A stretch of 64,000 nt of DNA from Naegleria gruberi (taxonomy: Eukaryota): NCBI GenBank assembly GCA_000004985.1, contig GG738858.1; one strand, 5' to 3'. Shown one piece after another: positions 20,189 to 28,919 of this stretch. Made by a program: the position numbers and the translations under genes. Position 1 is the stretch's first letter. The number at the start of each line of letters is the position of its first letter. The notes beneath the pieces were generated by a model. The model ran no database searches. It saw nothing but the letters and a program-made list of their open reading frames with translations, and was not told the DNA's origin.

Positions 20189-20658
20189 TTGACTGATGAA
20201 ATTGAACGGACGCATGAATATTATTTTGAAGATGATTGTTATTGTAAACTACCTTTCTTTACCGAATGTTATTGAATTGGATGTTTATTAGCAATGAATA
20301 TCAGTTCTCTTTATTAAAAAAGATCATTTCATTATTCGAACTTAATCTCAAAAATGTTCTTTCTTAAGGGAGTAATTATAAAAGTATGCACTTGGCATTT
20401 CATCCGCCAATTTGTACTCATTATCCGTTCAAATGTCTGCGCCACGCTGAAAGTTGTGAATTGGTATTAATTTTTACAATTATGGATTGGCTGATAATCT
20501 CAATTTTACAAAATTGTTACAATTTTATTCAAATTTTACTCAAATTCGCCCAATTTTAAATTGAAAATAAACACTCAATGCAGTTTATGTTAAATTATTC
20601 TCATAATGAATTTTAATTTCTTGTTGAAAAATAAAATTTTTGTTTTTGCTTTAAAAAA

Positions 20659-23600
20659 ATGACCAAGAAGCGTGGTGCCACTTCATCATCAACAACTTCA
20701 GCAGCAGCAACAAGTCAACAATCTGCTACCAACAAGTCTGCTACAGCAACAACAACAACTCAAACATTACCTTCTAAATATGAAGCACTATTCCGTAATC
20801 TTATTAAATTTTATGAAGAAAAACAATATCAAACAGCCTTGTCCTATGCTGATAATATTTTGAGAGATTATCCACAACATGGTGATACAATGGCTATGAA
20901 GGCTTTATTAACAAGATATCTTAAAGAACAAGAAATTAACAAGCGTGTTGAATTTAATACTAATTTTTATTATAATAAGAATTCTACTACAAATTCTAGT
21001 AGTACTACTTCTAACGGTACTAGTAATAGTAATAATAGTATTGGTGATGAATTAATGTTATATGACAAGACATATAAAAAAGATGCTTATAATATGGTTA
21101 AAAAGGCTTTGGAATATGTTAATAACAAGTCATTTATTTGTTGGCATGTTTATGGATTAATGTATAAGGAAGATTTTAAAATTTCTCAAGCAATTACTTG
21201 TTTCCAAAATTCATTAAAATTTAATCCAACTAATGAAATTCAAGCTTGGCGTGAATTGAGTAATGTTCAAATTCATTCAAGAGATTATAAAGGAGCGATT
21301 GAAAGTAGAAGAAAGTTAATTGAATTAAAACCAGGTATTGGTGCATTTTGGTTAGGTTATGCTGTTGCTCAACATTTAAGTGGAAATTTAACAGGCGCTA
21401 TTCAAACTATTGATAAATACATGACAGCACTTTTTGAACAAAGTAATAAGGATAGTAAGAATTACAAATTTGAAAAATCAGAATTATTACTTTATTTAGC
21501 ACAAATGATGTATGAAAATGGTCAATATAAGGAATGTGCTGATTCTTTATTAGCTAATACTAAATTTTTAGCTGATGAACTTTCAACTTTGGAATTACTT
21601 GCTGATTGTTATATTAAATTAAATCAATTAGATCATGCTAAAAAGATTGCTTTACAATTAATTAAGAAGAATTCAGAAGATTATTCTTATTATGGTAAAT
21701 ATCAATTAGCTTGTGGATTTAATACAAGTGAAAATAGATTCCTCCTCGATGATTCTAAATCTAATAATAATCAACAAGAAGAAGTTGCATTGAAATTATT
21801 TGAAATGTATACAACAAGTGAAGATTTGAAGGAATTTAGAGAAAAATCACCAGTTCTTAAAATGATTATTCTTTCTCTCTGTCCACCATATAACAATTCA
21901 AATGATGAAAGATTTAAAAAGGAATTGAATTCATTTGTTGAACCATATTTTACCAAGACTATTCCATCACTTTTTAAAACTTTGAAATCAATTTATCAAA
22001 AACAAACTTGTAAAATTGCACTCATTGAACAAGCCATGTTAGAAAGAATGAATCAAGAAGAATCCAATACTACTTCTAATACTTCTAATACTTCTACTAC
22101 TACTACTAACAAAGATCCAACCATTTTACTTTGGATTTATGTTTATTTATCACAACATTATGATGCCATTCATCAATATGATAAGGCTCTTGAATATGTT
22201 AATAGAGCTATTGAACATACTCCAACTCTTATTGAATTGTACATGCTCAAGGCTAAATTTTACAAACATTTATTTAATACTGAACAAGCTGCTTTATGTA
22301 TGGAACAAGCACGTTTAATGGATTTATCTGATCGTTATTTAAATACTAAAGCAACCAAATATTGGACAAGACATGATGAAATTGTTAAGGCTGATGAAAT
22401 GATTGGTATCTTTGCTAAACATCCAAAAGATCCTGCAACAAAGAAGGAAGAAGAAGCAAAAGAAAAGGAAAAGGCCAAACAACAACAAGAACAACCTCAA
22501 CAAACTCAACAAACTCAAACATCATCTTCATCACAACAAGATCTTGAAAAGAAGGAAGAAGAAGAAAAGGATTCTAATTTAATTCCAATTGAAGATGGTG
22601 CTATTTATCATCGTAATAATGTTCATGATATGCAATGTTTATGGTTTGAAAATGAATGTGGTGATGCTCATTATAGAAAGGGAGAATTATCAATGGCTGT
22701 TCGTAGATATTATTATACAGTTCAACATTTTATGGAAATGTATGAAGATCAATTTGATTTCCATACTTATTCAATTAGAAAGATGACACTTAGATCATAT
22801 ATTGAAATGATGAAATATTATGACAAGTTATATTCACAATATTTCTATTTCCATTCAGTTTGTGGATTATTGAATGTTTATTTATTATTATTAAAACAAA
22901 AAGAAGAAAAGGAAGGAATTACATTTGATTCACCAACTGAATATGGTAATTTTAAGAATGATTACATTTCAAATTTCCAAAATATTGATTTGAGAAAAGA
23001 TGAAGATTTGAATGGATTATATCTTTCTTCTAAAATTAATTTATTTGATGAATGTACTAAATATTTGAAACAATTAGAAGAATATCATTCAAATGAAATT
23101 ATTACACATATTTATGGTGTAACTATTTATTTAAAGAGTAGAAAATATTTACTTGCTAGTAAAGCATTAAAAAAAGCATTGGAATTATCACCATCTGATT
23201 ATAGAGCTCATTTATTGAAATTCCAATATTTAAAAACTATTAATTCTATTGATCAAGCTGATTCACTCTATAAATTATTACAAATGGATTATCAAAAAAT
23301 TACTTTAGGTAAATCATTAAATGATTTAAATGAAGAATGGAAAAATCAATTTATTACCAATAATAATAATAATAATAATAATGGAGGTGATATTCTCAAT
23401 GTATTATCCTATTTATCTGTTAAACATTTAATTAATGATAACAATAATAACAATAATACTGATAATAATGATAATGAATTATTAACAAGTATTGTTGAAA
23501 AATCATCATTACGTTCATGTTATATTGCTCATGCCATGTTAACAAAGAAGAGAATTACAAATAGACCATACAAGAAGGAACAAGATTACAAGATTAATAC

Positions 23601-23688
23601 TCATTTAGATTTTACAATTCAAAATCAAGATTTAATTGTTAATCAATTAGTTCAAAAGATTGAATCTGTTTTTAATATTAAATTGTAA
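20659..23688 (+). CDS. NAA15: N-alpha-acetyltransferase 15 (NatA auxiliary subunit, TPR protein)
   Basis: Intronless 1009-aa ORF collinear with NAA15/Nat1: YEALFRNLIKFYEEKQYQ, GDTMAMKAL, ICWHVYGLMYK, WRELSNVQIHSRDY, AFWLGYAVAQHL, PTILLWIYVYLSQHYD, PTLIELYMLKAKFYKH, LSDRYLNTKATKYW, MQCLWFENECGDAHYRKGE, QFDFHTYSIRKMTLRSYIEMMK. Extra S/T/N-rich and K/E-rich low-complexity insertions. AAAAAAATG start. Confidence 0.9.
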   Translation: MTKKRGATSSSTTSAAATSQQSATNKSATATTTTQTLPSKYEALFRNLIKFYEEKQYQTALSYADNILRDYPQHGDTMAMKALLTRYLKEQEINKRVEFNTNFYYNKNSTTNSSSTTSNGTSNSNNSIGDELMLYDKTYKKDAYNMVKKALEYVNNKSFICWHVYGLMYKEDFKISQAITCFQNSLKFNPTNEIQAWRELSNVQIHSRDYKGAIESRRKLIELKPGIGAFWLGYAVAQHLSGNLTGAIQTIDKYMTALFEQSNKDSKNYKFEKSELLLYLAQMMYENGQYKECADSLLANTKFLADELSTLELLADCYIKLNQLDHAKKIALQLIKKNSEDYSYYGKYQLACGFNTSENRFLLDDSKSNNNQQEEVALKLFEMYTTSEDLKEFREKSPVLKMIILSLCPPYNNSNDERFKKELNSFVEPYFTKTIPSLFKTLKSIYQKQTCKIALIEQAMLERMNQEESNTTSNTSNTSTTTTNKDPTILLWIYVYLSQHYDAIHQYDKALEYVNRAIEHTPTLIELYMLKAKFYKHLFNTEQAALCMEQARLMDLSDRYLNTKATKYWTRHDEIVKADEMIGIFAKHPKDPATKKEEEAKEKEKAKQQQEQPQQTQQTQTSSSSQQDLEKKEEEEKDSNLIPIEDGAIYHRNNVHDMQCLWFENECGDAHYRKGELSMAVRRYYYTVQHFMEMYEDQFDFHTYSIRKMTLRSYIEMMKYYDKLYSQYFYFHSVCGLLNVYLLLLKQKEEKEGITFDSPTEYGNFKNDYISNFQNIDLRKDEDLNGLYLSSKINLFDECTKYLKQLEEYHSNEIITHIYGVTIYLKSRKYLLASKALKKALELSPSDYRAHLLKFQYLKTINSIDQADSLYKLLQMDYQKITLGKSLNDLNEEWKNQFITNNNNNNNNGGDILNVLSYLSVKHLINDNNNNNNTDNNDNELLTSIVEKSSLRSCYIAHAMLTKKRITNRPYKKEQDYKINTHLDFTIQNQDLIVNQLVQKIESVFNIKL

Positions 23689-23846
23689 TAAATTAATTTT
23701 TATAATAACTCTTTTATTTATGACTACTATAATCTATGACTACTACTAATTTGATATTACAAGTAGTATAAAATTACTATTAATAACAATATTATTTATT
23801 ATTAAATATTAAATTTCAATCAAATTAAATCAAAATATATAAAAAA

Positions 23847-24178
23847 ATGACTTCTTGGTTTGCTACTAAATATGATAACTTTGTAGATACAGTGATTCAA
23901 TCGGATGATATGACATTGGAAGATAAAAAGGCTAAATTTGAAGAAAATGTTGATAAATTTACAACAAGTGTTATTCCTCTCATCGTTAATGCTGTTTCAA
24001 TGATATTATTTACTAAATGTATGTATTATAATGATGATGATAATGATATATTTAAATTGGATAATATTTATGTGATGATATTTGGATGTAATATGATGAT
24101 AATAATAATATAATAATAATAATAATTAATGGATTTTTAGATTTATGGAAGAAATATCCAACACCACAAGCAGAATAA
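23847..24178 (+). CDS. Small membrane protein (about 70 aa), 2 exons, tail-anchored-like
   Basis: Exon 1 23847..24018 ends in phase 1 before GTATGT. Exon 2 24141..24178 follows ...GGATTTTTAG. Spliced product is MTSWFATKYDNFVDTVIQSDDMTLEDKKAKFEENVDKFTTSVIPLIVNAVSMILFTKYLWKKYPTPQAE, one hydrophobic helix followed by a basic patch. Family not recognised; boundaries tentative. Confidence 0.3.
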
Positions 24179-24618
24179 AATTATTTATTAAATATAATAG
24201 AGTAATATTAGTAACATATTATAATAATAGATGATGAAAAGTTAATGAGGAATTTATTCTGAATGAATCATGCTATTGGATGATCACATTTCCTTAGGCC
24301 TTTTTATATTTTCATTATTATTATGCTTTCCATAAGTGCGTACGTATAATCGTATGTATGCATTAATAATATTCTCATCAAATAATGGACTCCATTATTT
24401 CATAAAATCAAGAACTCTTCAGCCATGGAGTACATCATCGGTTGTGTGATTCTGATTCTTTAAAAAAAATAACACTATTATCACAACTAAACTGCTGCTA
24501 TTATAACAACTGTTCATTTATCTATTCCGATCCAAGTGTACATTTTTCATTATCACTATCATTCAATAATAATAACATAATCTGTGTGTTTAAACAATAT
24601 AAAAATATTAATATAAAA

Positions 24619-25563
24619 ATGCAAGAACAATTATTTTCTGAAAAATTAAGTCACATTAAAAACATTATAATAGTATTATCAGGTAAAGGAGGAGTTGGTA
24701 AATCAACAGTTTCATGTCAATTAGCATTAACATTAGCAAATATGAAATATAAAGTTGGTATTTTAGATGTTGATATTTGTGGTCCATCTGTACCTGGTAT
24801 TTTAGGTGTTTCAAATAAGGAAATTGTTCAATCACAAGATGGTTGGTTACCTGTTGATATTGATATTATTCATAATAATAATATTAATCAATTAAATCAA
24901 TTAAATCAATTAAATGATAATACTAATCAATCTAATCAATTAAATGATAATATTAATCAATTAAATGATAATACAAATCAATTAAATGATATTAATAATA
25001 ATAACAATATTACTAAAAATGGAGAATTAAAATGTATGAGTATTGGATTTTTATTAAAAAATAAAGATGATGCAGTGATATGGAGAGGACCTAAAAAGAA
25101 TTCCATGATTAAACAATTTATTCAAGATGTTTGTTGGAAAGAATTAGATTTTCTAATTATAGATACACCACCTGGTACATCAGATGAACATATTACACTT
25201 GCAGAATTATTAAGAGATTTTAAAAATATTAATTCAATTATTGTAACAACTCCACAAAATGTTTCAACTATTGATGTTAGTAGAGAAATTAATTTTTGTA
25301 AAAAGTTAAATATTCCAATTAGAGGTATTATTGAAAATATGAGTGGTTATGTTTGTCCATGTTGTAAAGAAATTACTTTTATTTTTGGTAGTGGTGGTGG
25401 TCAAAAATTATCAAATGAATATAATATTCCATTTTTAGGAAGTATTCCTATTGAACCTGAATTGGCAAATGCTGAAGATAATGGTATTAATTATATTAAG
25501 AATTTTTCAAATTCTGTTACATCTATGCAATTTACAAATATTGTTAATATTATTTTAAATTAA
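24619..25563 (+). CDS. Cytosolic Fe-S cluster assembly factor Cfd1/NUBP2 (Mrp/NBP35-type P-loop ATPase)
   Basis: Start at ATG 24619 (AAAAATG). The ORF-track extension from 24442 reads as non-coding. Motifs: deviant Walker A ILSGKGGVGKST, DVDICGPS, Walker B LDFLIIDTPPGTSDEH, and C-terminal CPCC (CxxC) cluster-bridging motif. No N-terminal 4-Cys motif, so Cfd1/NUBP2 rather than Nbp35/NUBP1. Contains an N/Q-rich repeat insertion, listed separately. Confidence 0.8.
   Translation: MQEQLFSEKLSHIKNIIIVLSGKGGVGKSTVSCQLALTLANMKYKVGILDVDICGPSVPGILGVSNKEIVQSQDGWLPVDIDIIHNNNINQLNQLNQLNDNTNQSNQLNDNINQLNDNTNQLNDINNNNNITKNGELKCMSIGFLLKNKDDAVIWRGPKKNSMIKQFIQDVCWKELDFLIIDTPPGTSDEHITLAELLRDFKNINSIIVTTPQNVSTIDVSREINFCKKLNIPIRGIIENMSGYVCPCCKEITFIFGSGGGQKLSNEYNIPFLGSIPIEPELANAEDNGINYIKNFSNSVTSMQFTNIVNIILN
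24883..24999 (+). repeat. Imperfect tandem coding repeat (about 21-nt unit AATCAATTAAATGATAATAYT, about 5 copies) encoding (NQLNDNTNQL)n
   Basis: Seen directly. Inserted between the DVDICGPS block and the conserved ...MSIGFLL block of Cfd1. Confidence 0.8.
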
Positions 25564-25910
25564 TTAATAAATATTTAATAAAATATATTTAATTTTTGTA
25601 ATAAAAATTTAATCTGTATCAAATTGAAGAAATAATAATTCATTTGAAATGATAAAACTGCAGTGACCACTTCAAGGTTTTTTCACAGCAATCACCTTCC
25701 ATGATACTTGTCTGCAGCATTCACCAACAACTTGGCGAAATGATTATTTGATTGCAGTGTGATTGCTATCAAAAAAAAGTGAAATGGTCAACTGTTCAAA
25801 AATTATTGGAATAAAGTATTTTTAACTTTTGGTTACAAATTATTGTTAAAGATTAAATAGAAATAAATATTTTAACTGAACTACATTGAATCAAAATTGT
25901 TTTTTTTTAT

Positions 25911-27572
25911 TTACATTGAAATACCCATTGAAAAATTAATTAAAGCCATAACATCATCAGTATTAACAGGTGAAGGTTGAGCATAATTTGAATTTGTCAA
26001 TGTTAATTCTTGTGTTGATACTTTGAGATTCTTCTTTTTAGTAGCAACACCACTTGTTGTATTACCAAATGTCATCTTTGAAGATGAAATTAAACTTGAT
26101 GGAGTTGAAGTTGTTTGGAAATTCATTGAAGTATTTAAAACAACTGAATCAACAATTGTTTTACTCTTCTTGGCTGTATTAACATTGGAAGAAGATCTCT
26201 TTCTCTTTGTTGTTGTTGTTGAAGTAGCAACAGGCACTGGTTGACTTGAAAGTAATAAATTAGAATGAAGTAATGAAGGAATCATATTAGTAATGGTTGC
26301 TTCAAATGAATTAGTTGATTGTTGTTGTGGAGTAGTAACTGAAATAGTTGGAATAACAACTGCAGGATCTTCTTGTTTAGTAGTAGTTGTAGTAGTAGTT
26401 GCATTAGATTTAGATCTCTTTCTCTTTGTAGTTGAAGTAGTTGAAGAGTTGTTATTTGAATTCTTTTGACTCTTCTTATATAAATACAAATCATGGAAGT
26501 AGTGATAATTACAGACCCAATTGAAACCCTTATTCATATAATCAACTTTAAAATCAGAATCTTTACATGTTCTCAATGAAAATCTTAATCTATTACTTAT
26601 GGCATGATCACAACCTTTCAAACAACATAATGTTTGTGTTGGTCCATTAGCAATATCAATATCATCAACAGCATCACCAGTTGTAGCATTTGTAGTATTA
26701 GCAGTATTGGAAGTATTAGAAGTCAAAGTTGAATGAGATGCAATTGGAGTACGTGATGAATTAGTTCTCTTCTTTCTTCTTCCAGTTGAACTAGTTGTAG
26801 TAATGGTACAAGTTTTAATTGGAGTTGGTTCTTCATAATCTTCATCAATCATATTACTAATATCTTCATCTGATGAACCATCTGATGATTCTTGAACATA
26901 ATCTTCATCTTTATCTTTAGAATCAACAAGAGGTGATGAATCTTCTTCAATCATTTCTTGTTTTGTTGTAATTTGTTGTTGTTGTTGTTGGATTAAATAA
27001 TTTAGAATCAATAGTTCTAATTGGAGTAATTGGTAATTGACTCATTGATTGTAATATATTATTATTAGAAGTAGTTGGTGTCATACTAGTAGTTAAATTG
27101 TTAGATGTAATTGTACAAGTTGTACCTGTACCTGTATTATTATTATAAGTATTGGTGGTTGTGGATTGAATAGTCTTATTTGATAAGATAATGAAGATGG
27201 AATTGGAGAATCATGAATAGTAAGTGGTGGTGGAATGACAATATCATCATTATCACTTTCATCATCTGCCATTGAAAGTGATTGAATTCTTAATAAATGA
27301 ATTTGTTGTTCATTATTCATTGATTGTTCATATTGTTGTTGATATTGTTGATTTCTTTTATAAATCTTTCTAGTTCTTTTAGGTGATGATAATATTGATG
27401 ATTCATTAGTTGTTGTTGTTGTTGTAGATGATTGGAAATCACTTGTTGATCCTTGCATTAATACAATTGATTCATTTAATGTTTCATTACAATTAAGATG
27501 ATCAATTGTTGGTTGACTTGATTCGGAAGTTTGTAATGGTGATGAACATCTTGTTAAAATTACTTTCTTCAT
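25911..27572 (-). CDS. Ser/Thr-rich nuclear-type protein with Cys/His cluster; reading frame broken twice (draft errors or pseudogene)
   Basis: Three consecutive minus-strand ORF segments in different frames: 27093..27572, about 27012..27170 in a second frame, and 25911..27011. All have the same S/T/N/Q-rich composition and no GT..AG candidates at the shift points. The product carries three copies of a T-rich/(K/R)RK(K/R)(S/T)S basic motif (TTSSTGRRKKRTNSS, STTKRKRSKSN, TTTTKRKRSSSN) and a Cys/His block CCLKGCDHAISNRLRFSLRTCKDSDFKVDYMNKGFNWVCNYHYFH. Lies 270 bp from a 50-N gap. Confidence 0.4.
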
Positions 27573-27838
27573 TCTGAATTGTTAGTTAGTAAGTTGTGGT
27601 AGTTGAATGTTATATTGAGATTGAGATGTGTGATGTTAAACAACAGAAAGTTTAAATTTAGTTGTGTTGTATTTTACAGTTGAGAAGGCTTTGTTTTGTT
27701 TTTTTGTGAATTGATGTGAATTAAAAAGGTGTTTGTATTTATAATGTTCAGTGATTGAATGAACATTATACGCGCCTTAAATTTACACATTGCTCTGTGT
27801 GTGTGATTTTGTATTACTTTCACAGTCGAATCACACAA

Positions 27839-27888
27839 NNNNNNNNNNNNNNNNNNNNNNNNNNNNNNNNNNNNNNNNNNNNNNNNNN
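27839..27888. other. Assembly gap (50 N)
   Basis: Run of N. Confidence 1.
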
Positions 27889-27890
27889 CT

Positions 27891-28301
27891 CATGATTTAC
27901 TTTATTGTGAGAATCAAAGCAGAATTGTAACAGTTAGTGATGAAATAAGAATTGCTGAGTTGCGAGGAAAAGTATTAAGAGGCAAGGTTTGGAGCTACAG
28001 AAAAGCTGAACGAGATGTTGGTCAATATGTTTATCAAAAAGTTAAATTTGAACCTCCTCTTCCTAAATTCTCTGAAGAGCAAGCTAAAGTTCTCACAAGT
28101 ATTAGTGTATTTGGAGATGTTGAAAATATGATTGGGCACGACAATGACATTACTGAAATACATGTCATTGTTACAAATTCATCACAAAATCTAAAGAGCA
28201 GTATTGAAAATGGCATCTTATTACTAAGAGTTTATTTAGAAAAGGAAACCATCCAAGTAGGAGAATTAGAAGGTGGTAACAAATACCATGGTTTTAATTA
28301 A
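27891..28301 (+). CDS. C-terminal fragment of an unidentified protein, open at the gap
   Basis: The frame is open from the first base after the N gap (HDLLYCENQSRIVTVSDEIRIAELRGKVLRGKVW...) to TAA at 28299-28301. The ORF-track start is a TTG. No family recognised. Confidence 0.35.
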   Translation, partial: HDLLYCENQSRIVTVSDEIRIAELRGKVLRGKVWSYRKAERDVGQYVYQKVKFEPPLPKFSEEQAKVLTSISVFGDVENMIGHDNDITEIHVIVTNSSQNLKSSIENGILLLRVYLEKETIQVGELEGGNKYHGFN

Positions 28302-28319
28302 TGTAAATTTATTAAAAAA

Positions 28320-28893
28320 ATGCTTTTAAACAACGATAGTGGTTGCATTTCCCATCAACAAAACGGATTGAAAGGATACTTTAATTTAGAAACATCAAAG
28401 GGAACTATAAGAATTGTTGAAGATTATAACGTCGGAACTTGTGGTTCCAGGCTTTGGTCATCAGCACCTGTTCTTTGCAAATATTTAGAAAAACAAGCCA
28501 ACAAATTAAAACTCCAATCTAAAAACATATTGGAAGTTGGAGCAGGATGTGGCATATCATCAATTTTACTTGCAAAATTAGGATGTAAAAAAGTTGTTAC
28601 TACCGATAGAGAAATTGTTCTTCCGATTTTAAAACAAAATGTTTCTTATAATTGTAGTGATTTATCAATTTGTCAAAATATTTCAGTTGAAGAGCTTGAA
28701 TGGGAATGGGCTAATGAAGATCAAGTGGATAGAATGAAAGAATTTAAAAAGAAAATGTTGGGTGATGAAGAAGGAGTTTTTGATATGATTATTGGATCTG
28801 ATGTTGTCTATGAAGAATTATGCATTGAGCCATTGTTAAAATTATTGAATGCACTTGCAGGAAATGTCACAACCATTTTGATTGCCTATGAAA
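28320..28893 (+). CDS. METTL21/FAM86-like class I SAM-dependent protein-lysine methyltransferase, first exon; 3' part lost in gap
   Basis: AAAAAAATG start. VGTCGSRLWSSAPVLCKYL (substrate/SAM pocket), motif I ILEVGAGCGISSILLAKLG, motif post-I VVTTD, and later FDMIIGSDVVYEE fit the Methyltransf_16 family. The ORF ends at a GTAAGT donor (28894) 25 bp before the N block. Confidence 0.65.
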
Positions 28894-28919
28894 GTAAGTA
28901 GTTGAGTTTTTATTGGAAT

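Noticed and set aside
15655-20215. Possible longer TIR including ATTCCAAG/ATTCCAAC and a shared ACGCA-GAATATT segment outside the 12-mers
   Set aside because: The ATTCCAA match is at different distances from the 12-mer at the two ends. The ACGCA..GAATATT similarity is in direct, not inverted, orientation. It cannot be supported as part of the TIR by eye, so it is left as a question for alignment.
20672-22786. Short ORFs 20672..20863 (+), 21771..21956 (-), 22589..22786 (+) within NAA15
   Set aside because: Out-of-frame or antisense overlaps of a strongly supported CDS. For example 20672 reads the T/S/A tract as poly-Q.
24442-24618. N-terminal 59-aa extension of the Cfd1 ORF (MCDSDSLKKITLLSQLNCCYY...)
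   Set aside because: Not conserved, Cys/Asn-rich junk-like. The conserved P-loop starts right after ATG 24619, which has the A-rich start context.
26023-26494. ORFs 26023..26244 (+) and 26282..26494 (-) within the ST-rich gene
   Set aside because: Antisense or alternate frame of low-complexity coding DNA.
27975-28216. Minus-strand ORFs 27975..28163 and 28034..28216
   Set aside because: Antisense to the open C-terminal fragment 27891..28301. No features.
1-28919. Prokaryote-style features: CRISPR arrays, operons, Shine-Dalgarno sites, rho-independent terminators
   Set aside because: The sequence is clearly eukaryotic nuclear DNA: spliceosomal introns, Pol III tRNA genes with T-run terminators, and 75-85% AT intergenic DNA. 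No direct-repeat/spacer arrays are present.
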